From an uncultured Bacilli bacterium (GTDB taxonomy: Bacteria; Bacillota_I; Bacilli_A; RF39; UBA660), in NCBI GenBank assembly GCA_947588895.1, contig CANQBF010000002.1, positions 1-53,782 on the forward strand: a stretch of DNA of 53,782 bases. Reading direction: 5' to 3'. A program made the translations under genes and the position numbers. A model generated the notes under the pieces. It was not told where the DNA came from, made no database searches, and was given only the letters and a program-made list of their open reading frames with translations. Below are positions 1 through 9,402 of the stretch, piece by piece (positions within the stretch are counted from its first letter, which is position 1; the number at the start of each line of letters is the position of its first letter).

Positions 1-2
1 AG

Positions 3-22
3 CCATGTAATTTATTACATGG
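3..22. repeat. Perfect 8-bp inverted repeat abutting the promoter of the first gene (hairpin or operator-like)
   Basis: CCATGTAA (3-10) / TTACATGG (15-22), 4-nt loop TTTA; ends 3 nt before the -35 hexamer. Confidence 0.5.
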
Positions 23-25
23 TAC

Positions 26-53
26 TTGACACTCGGGGGGGGTATTATATAAT
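26..53 (+). promoter_or_regulatory. Sigma-A type promoter with G8 homopolymer in the spacer
   Basis: TTGACA (26-31), 16-nt spacer containing GGGGGGGG (35-42), TATAAT (48-53); about 60 nt upstream of ATG 115. Confidence 0.6.
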
Positions 54-114
54 TATCTTATAAATAAAAAATAAACAAAAGTTATTAACAACAAGAAAGA
101 AAGGGTTAGGATTT

Positions 115-2655
115 ATGAAAAAAATAAGAGTGAAATATTTTGTATTAGGATTGTTATTATTGTTAGAAATAGTATCATTAACATTAATGTACAAATCAAG
201 TCATAATAAAGAAGTAGTATTAGATGAAGTAAGTTTAAGAGACTTCTTAAAAAGTGATATGATATCAATAATGACAGATGAAACAGGAGATGGAATATAT
301 ACAGAATATACTTCAAGTAGTACATTTCCAAGTAGTTACACATACAATGCTAGTAAAAGTCAATGCATAAATGAAAAAGGTAATGTAGTAAAAGATGTAT
401 TAACCTTTGATGGAACGAAAGCTATATTAACATCCAATGAAGGAATGCATTGTACATTATATTTTGATAAATGTGGAGGTCCAAAAGGAACAGTATTAGA
501 CGGAAAGACTGGAATTACCAAATGTGAAGTCGGAGGAATGTATCGCTATCAAGGAACAGATAATGTAAATAATTACATTTGCTTTGGAACAAGTAATAAA
601 TCAACATGTACAAGTTCAACAGGTAAATCCAAATATTTATACCGAATAATAGGAGTTACATCCGATGGCCAATTAAAATTAATATTAGCTGATAAATTTT
701 CTAGTGTTTCTTGGGGATATCCGAATGGTGAATGTAACACAAATTCTTCAAAATGTGATTGGAATGGTTCCTATTTATTTAATTCCTTAAATGGAAAGGA
801 TAATAAATATGGTGGATCATTTATGAATAATAGCAATTATAGCTATTTAAATAATGATCAATGGAAAAAATTAATTGATACAAATCATAGTTGGAAATAT
901 GGTGTAATAAGTGATGATTCGAAAGTAAAAACATATAATGGTATTGATGTATATAATATTGAAAGTCAATTTAATAATACAGTAACTGCTGCAATAGGAG
1001 CTCCATATATTCATGATTTTTTACTTTCATATCCAGAAGGAAATCCAGGAAATAGTACAAATGTAAGTAAAAGTTGGATGATGCGAGATTTATCAAATTT
1101 AGTTAGCAGTTATGGTTATTGGTCAATGACGAAGAAAGAAAATAAAACTACTCCTTCAACTACACAAATAGCGGCTTATGCTTATGTTATAGGAGGTTCT
1201 GGTATTGGCTCTGATTTTACTGATCCAGATGTTTATTCAAGACCAGTATTTTATCTAAAATCAGATACTGTACTAAAATCAGGAAGTACAGGTAGTATGA
1301 GTGATCCATATTTAATAGACGGAATAACAGCGGAACCAGTAGAAAGAAAAACAAATTTAACGAGACTAGAAGAAAATGACTCTAGTAATAATTTATCTTC
1401 AAGTGAAGATGGTGGAATGTATAGATATAAAGGAACTAAAACACAAGTAACTAATAATTATATATGTTTTGGAACTACTAGTAAAACACAATGTGTAAAT
1501 AATCAATCTAAATATTTATATAGGATAGTAGGAGTAACTAAAGCTGGATCAATGTTAATAATGTTACCTCAAAGATTTTCTCCAACACTTGATGATTATC
1601 CTACAAGTGGTTATTATGGATCTTCTGCAGCTGAGGCACAAGAAAGTGGTAAATGGAAAAATAGAATATGGAGTGACTCTAATATATATAAACAATTTCA
1701 TGGAATTAAATATCTAGTTGGTTCTACAAGTAACTCATATTCTACAAATTTATATATTGACAGTAGTACTTATGATTATATGTCGTCAGGTAGTGAGTGG
1801 TTATCAAGAATAGATAGTCATGCTTGGAATTATCATGTAGTTACACTTCCAAGTACAATAAATAGTGGTTTTACAATTGAACAATTGGAAATTGATGACA
1901 CAGGATTAACAACATCCAAAATAGGTGGGTTATACGTATATGATTATTTATATTCTGTTTCAAAAACTGGCTTTGTTGATTGTTTACAAAGTAGTGTACC
2001 ATCAGCATGCACAAATGCTTGGTTAGCAGAATACGACAGATTAATATTTATGTCAAGAGATGAAATGAGTTGTCAAAGTAATAATCAATCATGTTTTTTT
2101 CCTTTTATTGCATTAAATTCTGGTAGAGCTACAGGTGGAGGTTCTACAGCATATAATTATTTAGCCTTTTATATAGGTAATAAGGAAGAAATAGAAAGTG
2201 GTACAGGTAGTAAAACTAATCCTTATATATTATCAAGTTATAAAAATATATCTTGTTCAATAACTCCTACTTATAGTAATAATCAAATAAATTTAGGTTC
2301 AAACGTACAAGATTCATCTGGTAATACAGTTTCTACTTTAGATAGTAGTGCTACTGGTGTATATTCTAAGACGGTTACAAGTGGGTCAAATAGTGCAACA
2401 TGTTACATAAATATTCGAAATCCATTAACCAAATATAATTTAGTAACTCACTCAGTTGTGACAACAGCTAGTGGCACTACTGAATCAACTGGTGTATCAG
2501 GTACTTATGCAACATCATCTGAATGTAGCTCTCATGCTGGTACTGAGGAGTCAAGTGATGCATATCATTCATCTCGTATAGAGAAATATTGTGTATCAGC
2601 TAGTTATTGTCCTATTGGTTATAAATCGATTGGATCAAAATGTTATGGATATTAA
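115..2655 (+). CDS. Large Cys-rich, N-terminally anchored surface/secreted protein built from two homologous ~300-aa modules
   Basis: 846-aa ORF with hydrophobic N-terminus (FVLGLLLLLEIVSLTLM). Repeated signature GGMYRYQGT..NNYICFGT..KYLYRIIGVT (from nt 532) and GGMYRYKGT..NNYICFGT..KYLYRIVGVT (from nt 1411). Many Cys, Ser/Thr-rich C-terminus. Confidence 0.6.
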   Translation: MKKIRVKYFVLGLLLLLEIVSLTLMYKSSHNKEVVLDEVSLRDFLKSDMISIMTDETGDGIYTEYTSSSTFPSSYTYNASKSQCINEKGNVVKDVLTFDGTKAILTSNEGMHCTLYFDKCGGPKGTVLDGKTGITKCEVGGMYRYQGTDNVNNYICFGTSNKSTCTSSTGKSKYLYRIIGVTSDGQLKLILADKFSSVSWGYPNGECNTNSSKCDWNGSYLFNSLNGKDNKYGGSFMNNSNYSYLNNDQWKKLIDTNHSWKYGVISDDSKVKTYNGIDVYNIESQFNNTVTAAIGAPYIHDFLLSYPEGNPGNSTNVSKSWMMRDLSNLVSSYGYWSMTKKENKTTPSTTQIAAYAYVIGGSGIGSDFTDPDVYSRPVFYLKSDTVLKSGSTGSMSDPYLIDGITAEPVERKTNLTRLEENDSSNNLSSSEDGGMYRYKGTKTQVTNNYICFGTTSKTQCVNNQSKYLYRIVGVTKAGSMLIMLPQRFSPTLDDYPTSGYYGSSAAEAQESGKWKNRIWSDSNIYKQFHGIKYLVGSTSNSYSTNLYIDSSTYDYMSSGSEWLSRIDSHAWNYHVVTLPSTINSGFTIEQLEIDDTGLTTSKIGGLYVYDYLYSVSKTGFVDCLQSSVPSACTNAWLAEYDRLIFMSRDEMSCQSNNQSCFFPFIALNSGRATGGGSTAYNYLAFYIGNKEEIESGTGSKTNPYILSSYKNISCSITPTYSNNQINLGSNVQDSSGNTVSTLDSSATGVYSKTVTSGSNSATCYINIRNPLTKYNLVTHSVVTTASGTTESTGVSGTYATSSECSSHAGTEESSDAYHSSRIEKYCVSASYCPIGYKSIGSKCYGY

Positions 2656-2758
2656 TCTTAAATATACAATAGACTAAATGGATTAAGGCATTAATGTTTT
2701 ATAATAATAAATTAAATACTCGTCAACGAAGACGTTAAAATAGAATAAACTTAACCCT

Positions 2759-2784
2759 GAGAGATAGCAATATCTCTCTTTTTG
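2759..2784 (+). terminator. Intrinsic terminator of the 115-2655 gene
   Basis: GAGAGATA (2759-66) / TATCTCTC (2771-78), GCAA tetraloop, followed by TTTTT. Confidence 0.6.
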
Positions 2785-2791
2785 TATAAAA

Positions 2792-2826
2792 TAAATAACT
2801 GATAGATAAATTCCATCAGTTATTTA
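2792..2826 (-). terminator. Intrinsic terminator of gerQ-like gene
   Basis: 12-bp stem 2792-2803 / 2815-2826 with 11-nt loop immediately after the minus-strand stop; T-rich tail on the minus strand. Confidence 0.5.
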
Positions 2827-2828
2827 AC

Positions 2829-3194
2829 TTAAAAATTCTTTTCTGAATATTCATGAGAATAATTAATTCTTTCCATAAATTCAACATAATCTAAATAAAT
2901 CATTCTTATTAAGTACCAATTACCATTAACTGGGTCACTTAAAATTAAATGGTCTCTACCAGCTTCTTCAATTATACCAGAATAAATTTTATTTTGCCAT
3001 TCACTACTGTCAGGATATGAAACATAAGCATTAACTCTTTTACCTTTATTAAGTCTTAATATATTTTCAATATAGCTTTGTTCCATAGGCATTTGTGATT
3101 GACTAGATATATTTCCTGGAGGACTTGAAGGTATTGTTTGCATTGGCATATCCATCGTTGGAAATGTTGGATTTTGATAAAAATTACCATTCAT
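2829..3194 (-). CDS. gerQ: Spore coat protein GerQ-like
   Basis: 121 aa. The C-terminal block SYIENILRLNKGKRVNAYVSY..WQNKIYSGIIEEAGRDHLILSDP..YLIRMIYLDYVEF matches the conserved GerQ/YwdL core as I remember it. Q/P/M-rich N-terminus. Confidence 0.55.
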   Translation of the reverse strand: MNGNFYQNPTFPTMDMPMQTIPSSPPGNISSQSQMPMEQSYIENILRLNKGKRVNAYVSYPDSSEWQNKIYSGIIEEAGRDHLILSDPVNGNWYLIRMIYLDYVEFMERINYSHEYSEKNF

Positions 3195-3298
3195 TGTTCA
3201 ATTCACCTCTCTAAATTGTATGAAATATTAATGAAATTATTAGTTATAATATGGACTTTAATTTGATATTTTGATAGAATTATAATAGGTTGGTTAGT

Positions 3299-4186
3299 AT
3301 GAAAAAAATAAAGTTAAGTAAAGATAATATTGATTTAATAATAACTGGCGCTTCTTTTGTTCTAGGTACTTTTGGCCTAGCTTTATGTTATAACTTATTT
3401 TATTCTCCCAATAAACTAGTTGTTGGTGGAATGACAGGCCTTGGAATAGTTATTCAAGAAGTAACTGGTTTTAATGCTCAATTATTTATTTATGTTTCCA
3501 GTTTTATTCTATTAATTGCTAGCTACTTTTGGTTAGGTAAAGATGAAACAAAAAGAATAGTTATAGGTACTTTTCTATATCCATTATTTATTACCTTTAC
3601 TAAACCAATTGCGAATGTTTTATTACCATATTTAACATTTCATGAAATGTTAGTTACAGTTGTTTTAGCAGGTTTATTATACGGTTTTAGTAATGGCCTT
3701 GTTTATAAATTTGGTTATTCAACTGGAGGTAGTGATGTTTTAGTAAGATTAGGTTGTAAATTTTTTCATATTAGTGAAGGTCAAGGAGTTCTATTTATTA
3801 ATATTTTAATAATAATGGCTGGAGCTTTTGTATTTGGTGTTGAAACAGCAGTTTATGCAATAATAATTATCGTTATTGGTTCAATATTAGTTGATAAAAT
3901 TATTATTGGTATATCAGATAGTAAAAAATTTATGATATATACTAGAGAAGCTAAAGATGTAAGACGTTTGATTGAAGAAACATTTAAAACAGGATTTACT
4001 ATTTTTCCAACAGTTGGTGGTTATTCTCATATAAGAGGAGCCATGATAATGTGTGTAATAAGTAATCGAGATGTTAATTTATTTAAAGAAAAATTATTAG
4101 AAATTGATTCCAATGCATTTTTTGTTATAAGTGATTGTTATCAAGTTCAAGGAGGAATAAAAAGGTCAAATCTACCATTTATGTAA
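3299..4186 (+). CDS. YitT-family membrane protein (DUF2179-type C-terminal domain)
   Basis: About 5 predicted TM helices followed by a soluble C-terminal domain (..FMIYTREAKDVRRLIEE..GFTIFPTVGGYS..MCVISNRDVNLFKEKLLEIDSNAFFVISD), typical of YitT. ATG 3299 preferred over TTG 3290. Confidence 0.6.
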   Translation: MKKIKLSKDNIDLIITGASFVLGTFGLALCYNLFYSPNKLVVGGMTGLGIVIQEVTGFNAQLFIYVSSFILLIASYFWLGKDETKRIVIGTFLYPLFITFTKPIANVLLPYLTFHEMLVTVVLAGLLYGFSNGLVYKFGYSTGGSDVLVRLGCKFFHISEGQGVLFINILIIMAGAFVFGVETAVYAIIIIVIGSILVDKIIIGISDSKKFMIYTREAKDVRRLIEETFKTGFTIFPTVGGYSHIRGAMIMCVISNRDVNLFKEKLLEIDSNAFFVISDCYQVQGGIKRSNLPFM

Positions 4187-4224
4187 AGTAGATAAATTGA
4201 TATAATTAGATTAGGAGTATAAGT

Positions 4225-4926
4225 ATGAAGTTTATTGAACTTAAAAATGTAAATAAAACTTATTCAACTGGAGTTACAGCCCTAGCAGACCTTTCGGTAG
4301 AAATTGAAAAAGGTGAATTTGTCTTTGTTATCGGTCATACCGCATCAGGAAAAAGTACCTTTATTAAAATGTTATATCGAGAAGAAAAACCCACTAAAGG
4401 TAGTGTTATAGTTGGTGGTGTTAATGTTGCTAAATTAAGAAATAGAAAAGTTTATAAATTAAGAAGAAAAATTGGTGTAGTATTTCAAGACTTTAAATTA
4501 TTACCTAAATTAACAGTCTATGAAAATGTTGCATTTGCATTAGAATGTTTAGGATTAAAAGCTAAAGATATTAAACCAAAAGTAATGAAAGCAATTGAAA
4601 TTGTTGGCTTAAAAGAAAAGACTAGAAGCTTTCCTCATCAATTATCAGGTGGTGAACAACAAAGAGTATGTATTGCAAGAGCAATAGTTAATGAGCCAAA
4701 GTTACTTATTTGTGATGAACCAACAGGAAACTTAGACCCTGAGACAAGTAAGGAAATAATGAAAGTAATAAGTAATATTAATAAAGATTTAAAAACAACT
4801 GTTATTATGGCAACTCATGATAAAGAAATCGTTAATAGAATGAAAAAAAGAGTTTTATTAATTGAACATGGGGTATTAACAGGTGATTACTTGAAAGGAA
4901 GTTACAAGTCTCATGAAAATGTTTAG
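4225..4926 (+). CDS. ftsE: Cell-division ABC ATPase FtsE
   Basis: Walker A GHTASGKST, signature LSGGEQQR, Walker B LLICDEPTGNLD; overlaps the ftsX start. Confidence 0.9.
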   Translation: MKFIELKNVNKTYSTGVTALADLSVEIEKGEFVFVIGHTASGKSTFIKMLYREEKPTKGSVIVGGVNVAKLRNRKVYKLRRKIGVVFQDFKLLPKLTVYENVAFALECLGLKAKDIKPKVMKAIEIVGLKEKTRSFPHQLSGGEQQRVCIARAIVNEPKLLICDEPTGNLDPETSKEIMKVISNINKDLKTTVIMATHDKEIVNRMKKRVLLIEHGVLTGDYLKGSYKSHENV

Positions 4927-5806
4927 AATAATTGGAAGAAGTATTAGAGATGCTTTTAAAAGTGTATTTCGTAATTTTAGTTTAAGTATGGCCTCAATAT
5001 TATGTGCTACTATTACCCTATTAGTTGTTGGTATTTCCTTAATTATTGCTGGTAATATTGATAATGCTACTAAAAGTTTAGAAAAAGAATTAAATATTGT
5101 AGTATATCTTGATAAAAGTGCAACTGAATATGATGCAATGGAACTTAAAAGTAAGATTGAAGCAATAGCTAATGTTGAAAAAGTTGAATATAAAAGTAAA
5201 GAATCATGGAAAAGTGAAATGAGTGAATATAATCCATCATTTGGTACTGTTTTTGAAAATTATGAAGATAATCCTCTTTTAGATTCATTTGTAGTAACTG
5301 TTAATAATTCTAAAAGTTTAGATAAAGTAACTAAACAAATTAGAGAATTAGAATTAATTGAAAGTGCTAATTATGGTGAAGATACAGTAAACACTATGGT
5401 TTCAGTATTTGATGTTGTTAAAAAAACTACGATTGTAGTTTTAATAGCATTAATTTTTGTAACAGCTTTTTTAATTAGTAATACTATTAAATTAACAATT
5501 TATTCAAGAAGAAGTGAAATAGAAATTATGCGTTTAGTTGGTGGAAGTAATGCTGCCATTAAATTACCATTTGTTTTTGAAGGATTTGTAATAGGTTTAT
5601 TAGGTTCTATTATTCCCATAATTGTTATTGTTTATGGTTATATAATAGCATTTGAAAGATTAGATGGACATATTATAACTGATATTATTAAACTAATCAG
5701 TCCATACAATTTTGTCTTTATAATTGCTGGAATTATTGCTTTACTTGGAGCTTTAATTGGTATGTTTGGCTCACTAAGAGCAGTTAGAAAGTATTTGAAA
5801 GTATGA
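4913..5806 (+). CDS. ftsX: Cell-division permease-like protein FtsX
   Basis: 297 aa: N-terminal TM, extracellular domain, three C-terminal TMs. 14-nt overlap with ftsE, 4-nt overlap with the next gene. Confidence 0.85.
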   Translation: MKMFRIIGRSIRDAFKSVFRNFSLSMASILCATITLLVVGISLIIAGNIDNATKSLEKELNIVVYLDKSATEYDAMELKSKIEAIANVEKVEYKSKESWKSEMSEYNPSFGTVFENYEDNPLLDSFVVTVNNSKSLDKVTKQIRELELIESANYGEDTVNTMVSVFDVVKKTTIVVLIALIFVTAFLISNTIKLTIYSRRSEIEIMRLVGGSNAAIKLPFVFEGFVIGLLGSIIPIIVIVYGYIIAFERLDGHIITDIIKLISPYNFVFIIAGIIALLGALIGMFGSLRAVRKYLKV

Positions 5807-7011
5807 AAAAGGGTTTTAAATTAATTGGCATTATTCTAGTTTTAATGTTGTTATTTAATATTCCTAAAGTAAATGCTGCGATAAAAAAAGGTGATACACT
5901 TGGGGATTTAAAAAAACAATTAACAAGTTTAAAAAATAAGAAGAAAGCTCAAGAGAATGAAAAGAAAAAAACAGAAGCTGAAATAAAACAAAATCAAGCT
6001 AATATGGAACAAGCTGAAATTGATTTATATAAAGCAAAAGAAGAAGTTGAAAACTTAAAAGTAAGAATAGAAAAAACTAATAGTGAATTAGAGAAAAAGA
6101 AAAAAGAAAGCGAAGAATTATTAGTTTTATATCAAAAACTTCAAGAAGATAATATTTATTTTGAATATGTTACTGGTGCTTCAACTATGACCGAATTAAT
6201 CATGCGAATGGATGCAATAAAACAATTAACCGATTATAATGAACAACAATTAACTGAGTTAGAAATGTTAGTAAATAATAATAATAAAATGACTAAAGAA
6301 TTAGATAATTATCAAGTTGAATTAGATAAAAAAATTGAAAAATATAATCAAACAATTGACGAACTTGGTGATAAAGTAGCAGACCTTGTTGAAGGAGCAG
6401 TTACTATTGATGAAGAAATTTCTACCATGAGTGAACTAGTTAAATATTATCAAGATTTAGGTTGTAAAGATGACCAAGATTTAATTGCTTGTGTAGAAAT
6501 AGCTAATAATGATAGATGGGTAAAACCTGTTACCAAAGGTAGAATTAATAGTTTATTCGGACTTAGATTTCATCCAACTCAACATGTTTGGAAAAATCAT
6601 AATGGTATAGATATTGGTGTTTCTGAAGGTACACCAGTTTATGCAGCTGCAGCAGGTCAAGTTGGTGCTATTGTCAAAAAATCATCTTGTGGTGGTAATA
6701 TGATGTATATTTGGACTTATATTAAAGGAAAACCATATACCTATGTTTATATGCATTTAAGTGCCTTTAAGAAAAATGTTGGCGATAAAGTTACTATCAA
6801 TGATGTAGTTGCATTATCCGGTGGAGGTACATCATCATATAAAAATGGTGGCTATGATAAATGTACTACTGGTGCTCACTTACACTTTGGTATATCGGAA
6901 GGACACCATTTTGGAGCTCCAAATGATTTATCATTATCTAAATTTAATTCTTATTTAATAAATCCTCCAGGATTTCCAGGATTATATGAGTGGTTTTATA
7001 GTAGATTTTAA
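5803..7011 (+). CDS. Secreted coiled-coil M23/LytM peptidase (PcsB/EnvC-like FtsEX partner)
   Basis: Signal peptide, ~230-aa K/E-rich coiled coil, and a C-terminal LytM domain with HNGID (HxxxD) and HLHF (HxH) metal ligands intact. Confidence 0.8.
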   Translation: MKKGFKLIGIILVLMLLFNIPKVNAAIKKGDTLGDLKKQLTSLKNKKKAQENEKKKTEAEIKQNQANMEQAEIDLYKAKEEVENLKVRIEKTNSELEKKKKESEELLVLYQKLQEDNIYFEYVTGASTMTELIMRMDAIKQLTDYNEQQLTELEMLVNNNNKMTKELDNYQVELDKKIEKYNQTIDELGDKVADLVEGAVTIDEEISTMSELVKYYQDLGCKDDQDLIACVEIANNDRWVKPVTKGRINSLFGLRFHPTQHVWKNHNGIDIGVSEGTPVYAAAAGQVGAIVKKSSCGGNMMYIWTYIKGKPYTYVYMHLSAFKKNVGDKVTINDVVALSGGGTSSYKNGGYDKCTTGAHLHFGISEGHHFGAPNDLSLSKFNSYLINPPGFPGLYEWFYSRF

Positions 7012-7034
7012 GGAAGTATATCTTCCTTTTTTTA
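7011..7034 (+). terminator. Intrinsic terminator after the ftsEX-M23 operon
   Basis: AGGAAG (7011-16) / CTTCCT (7022-27) followed by T7. Confidence 0.6.
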
Positions 7035-7093
7035 TGATCAACTTTATCTAGTTTTATTTAATAATAAATGATAAAATTATATTGTGATGAAAT

Positions 7094-8062
7094 ATGAAAA
7101 AAATTGTAATTTTTGGTGGAGGAAGTGGACTTTCTCAAATATTAAAAGGTTTAAAATTATTTCCTGTTGATATAACTGCAGTTGTAACAATGTCCGATAA
7201 TGGTAAAAGTACAGGAAAATTAAGAAAAGAATATAATACACCTGCAGTTGGCGATATATCAAAAGTATTATTAGAAATGGCAAATTGTGATAATGAAATA
7301 AAAGAATTAATGAATTATCGTTTTAGTAAAGATTCTTCATTAGATAATCATTCAATTAAGAATTTATTATTAACAGCACTTTTAGACCTAAAAGGTAATT
7401 TTAGTAATGCAATACCTGTATTTGAAAAATTACTAAATACTAAAGGTAATATTTTACCATTAACTGAAGATAATGTTGATTTAGTTGCTTATACTAAAGA
7501 TGGGGAAAAATTACTTGGAGAAGCTGAAATAACTAAATCAACTAAGATAAAAGAAAGAATTGCATATTCAAAAGAGATTACGATTAATCCAAGAGTATTT
7601 GATGCGATAAAAAAAGCTGATTTAATTATTTTTTCCTGTGGTAGTTTAATGACTAGTATAATACCTCATTTATTAAATAAAGAATTAAATATGACTATAA
7701 ATAATAGTAAAGCTAAAAAATTATATGTATGTAATATGTTTACGCAACCAGGTGAAACTGATGACTTTAAAGTTAGTGATCATATTAAATTAATTGAAAA
7801 ATATTTAGGGGAAAATACAATTAATGCTGTAATAGCGAATAATAAAAAAATGAGTTCAGAATTAGTTAAAAAATATTATAAGAAAGAGCAAAAAGACCCA
7901 GTAATATTAGATAATAAAAAATTAAAAGATATGAATATATATCTTATTGAAGATAAATTATATAAAATAGAAGAAAATGTTTATCGTCATGATTCTTTAA
8001 AAACTGCATACTTAATTTTTTCTTATTTAATGGAAGGTGAAAGAAATGACATTCACAACTAG
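7094..8062 (+). CDS. yvcK: YvcK/CofD-like gluconeogenesis factor family protein
   Basis: N-terminal IVIFGGGSGLSQILKGLK and MSDNGKSTG motifs; lies directly upstream of whiA as in other Bacillota. Confidence 0.75.
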   Translation: MKKIVIFGGGSGLSQILKGLKLFPVDITAVVTMSDNGKSTGKLRKEYNTPAVGDISKVLLEMANCDNEIKELMNYRFSKDSSLDNHSIKNLLLTALLDLKGNFSNAIPVFEKLLNTKGNILPLTEDNVDLVAYTKDGEKLLGEAEITKSTKIKERIAYSKEITINPRVFDAIKKADLIIFSCGSLMTSIIPHLLNKELNMTINNSKAKKLYVCNMFTQPGETDDFKVSDHIKLIEKYLGENTINAVIANNKKMSSELVKKYYKKEQKDPVILDNKKLKDMNIYLIEDKLYKIEENVYRHDSLKTAYLIFSYLMEGERNDIHN

Positions 8063-8951
8063 ATTAAAAGAGGAAATAAGTAAAATTGATAATAATGATT
8101 TAGAAAATAGAAGTTTAATTGAAGCTTTTTTAAAGTATAATGCTGTAATTAAAACTAAAAGTATAACCATAACTTTAGAAAATGCCTCAGTTACAAGATA
8201 TATTTATAAAATTATTAAAAGTGTTTTTGATGTTCAACCCAAGATAATAGTACGTATTCAAAAAAGATTTCATATTAAACAAATCTATATTTTAGAAATT
8301 CATGATAAAATTGATTTTATAAAAGAAGTAATTAATTTAAATAAGAAATCTAATTTAGATAGTGATGAAGAAAAAGTTGCCTATTTAAAAGGAGCTTTTT
8401 TAGGCATTGGTAATGTTTCTAATCCCAAGACTAGTGGTTATCACTTAGAATTTATTTTACAAAAAGAATCTGATGCTAAATATATTTGTCAATTATTAAA
8501 TTATTTTCATTTAAATGCTAAAGTAATTAAAAGAGGTAATAAGTTTATTACTTATATAAAAATGAGTGAGAGTATTAGTGATTTAATCAAAATGTTTAGG
8601 GCCGTTAATTCTTTATTTGAATTTGAAGATACAAGAATTTATCGTGACCATAAAAACATGGTAAATAGATTAAATAATTGTGAACTTGCTAATCAAGAAA
8701 AAAGTATTAAATGTGGTTTAAGTCAATTAGAAGATATTGCCTTTTTAGAAAAAAATGATTTAACTAAGTTATTAGATGATAAAGTATTAACTGTTATTAA
8801 TTATCGTAAAAAATATCCCGATGTATCTTTACAAGAACTAGCAGATATTATTTCGATGGAAACTGATTATAAAGTTGGTAAATCAGGGGTTAATCATCAT
8901 TTTAGATTAATTAAAAAATTAAAAGAAAAGTATATGAATTATAAGGAGTGA
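8046..8951 (+). CDS. whiA: Sporulation/cell-division regulator WhiA
   Basis: MTFTTRLKEEI N-terminus, LAGLIDADG-like middle region, C-terminal HTH (..LQELADIIS..SGVNHHFRLIKKL). ATG 8046 with GGAAGG RBS preferred over GTG 8037. Confidence 0.85.
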   Translation: MTFTTRLKEEISKIDNNDLENRSLIEAFLKYNAVIKTKSITITLENASVTRYIYKIIKSVFDVQPKIIVRIQKRFHIKQIYILEIHDKIDFIKEVINLNKKSNLDSDEEKVAYLKGAFLGIGNVSNPKTSGYHLEFILQKESDAKYICQLLNYFHLNAKVIKRGNKFITYIKMSESISDLIKMFRAVNSLFEFEDTRIYRDHKNMVNRLNNCELANQEKSIKCGLSQLEDIAFLEKNDLTKLLDDKVLTVINYRKKYPDVSLQELADIISMETDYKVGKSGVNHHFRLIKKLKEKYMNYKE

Positions 8952-9060
8952 TATTATAAAAACTGATGTTACGATATTAAGTACTAATATTAGTAAAGAT
9001 ATATTAAATGATTATTTAGAATATCAAGTAATTGATGATAATTTTATTAAAGAAAAATTA

Positions 9061-9402
9061 TTGGAATATAAAAAAATAATTTTCTTTAATATTTTAAATA
9101 ATATAGATGAAAAAGAAGTAAAAGAATTATTCCAATATTTAAAAGATAATAATATCGTATTTATTAATATTACTAATAATGTTGAACTTGCTTTATTAAC
9201 ATCTTATTTAATAATATATGATAATAGTAAAATAATTACTGAAGGTAATACTTTAGATGTTTTACAAGAAGAAAAATTATTAAAAAGATTTGGTTTATCT
9301 CTTCCATTTATGGTTGAATTATCTCTTTTACTTAAAGATTATAATCTTGTAGATAAAATTTATTTAGATAAAGAAAGTTTGGTTGACTATTTATGGAAAT
9401 AA
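9061..9402 (+). CDS. Degenerate EcfA-like ABC ATPase remnant (C-terminal third only)
   Basis: ITNNVELA.., GLSLPF.., LVDYLWK align with EcfA ITHDLNEA.., GLDLPF.., LVKELW. No Walker A, signature or Walker B. The frame stays open upstream to the whiA stop, so the true start is uncertain. Confidence 0.5.
   Translation: MEYKKIIFFNILNNIDEKEVKELFQYLKDNNIVFINITNNVELALLTSYLIIYDNSKIITEGNTLDVLQEEKLLKRFGLSLPFMVELSLLLKDYNLVDKIYLDKESLVDYLWK

Noticed and set aside
113-343. Short antisense/alternate-frame ORFs from the six-frame track. This one plus 7077-7283(-), 14843-15031(+), 15599-15790(+), 16443-16640(-), 17189-17392(+), 24021-24284(-), 25703-25954(+), 27083-27325(-).
   Set aside because: Each lies inside or against a longer ORF with recognisable motifs. 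Their translations are low-complexity L/I/F/S/Y-rich, as expected from the reverse or shifted frame of AT-rich coding DNA, and none has a convincing RBS.
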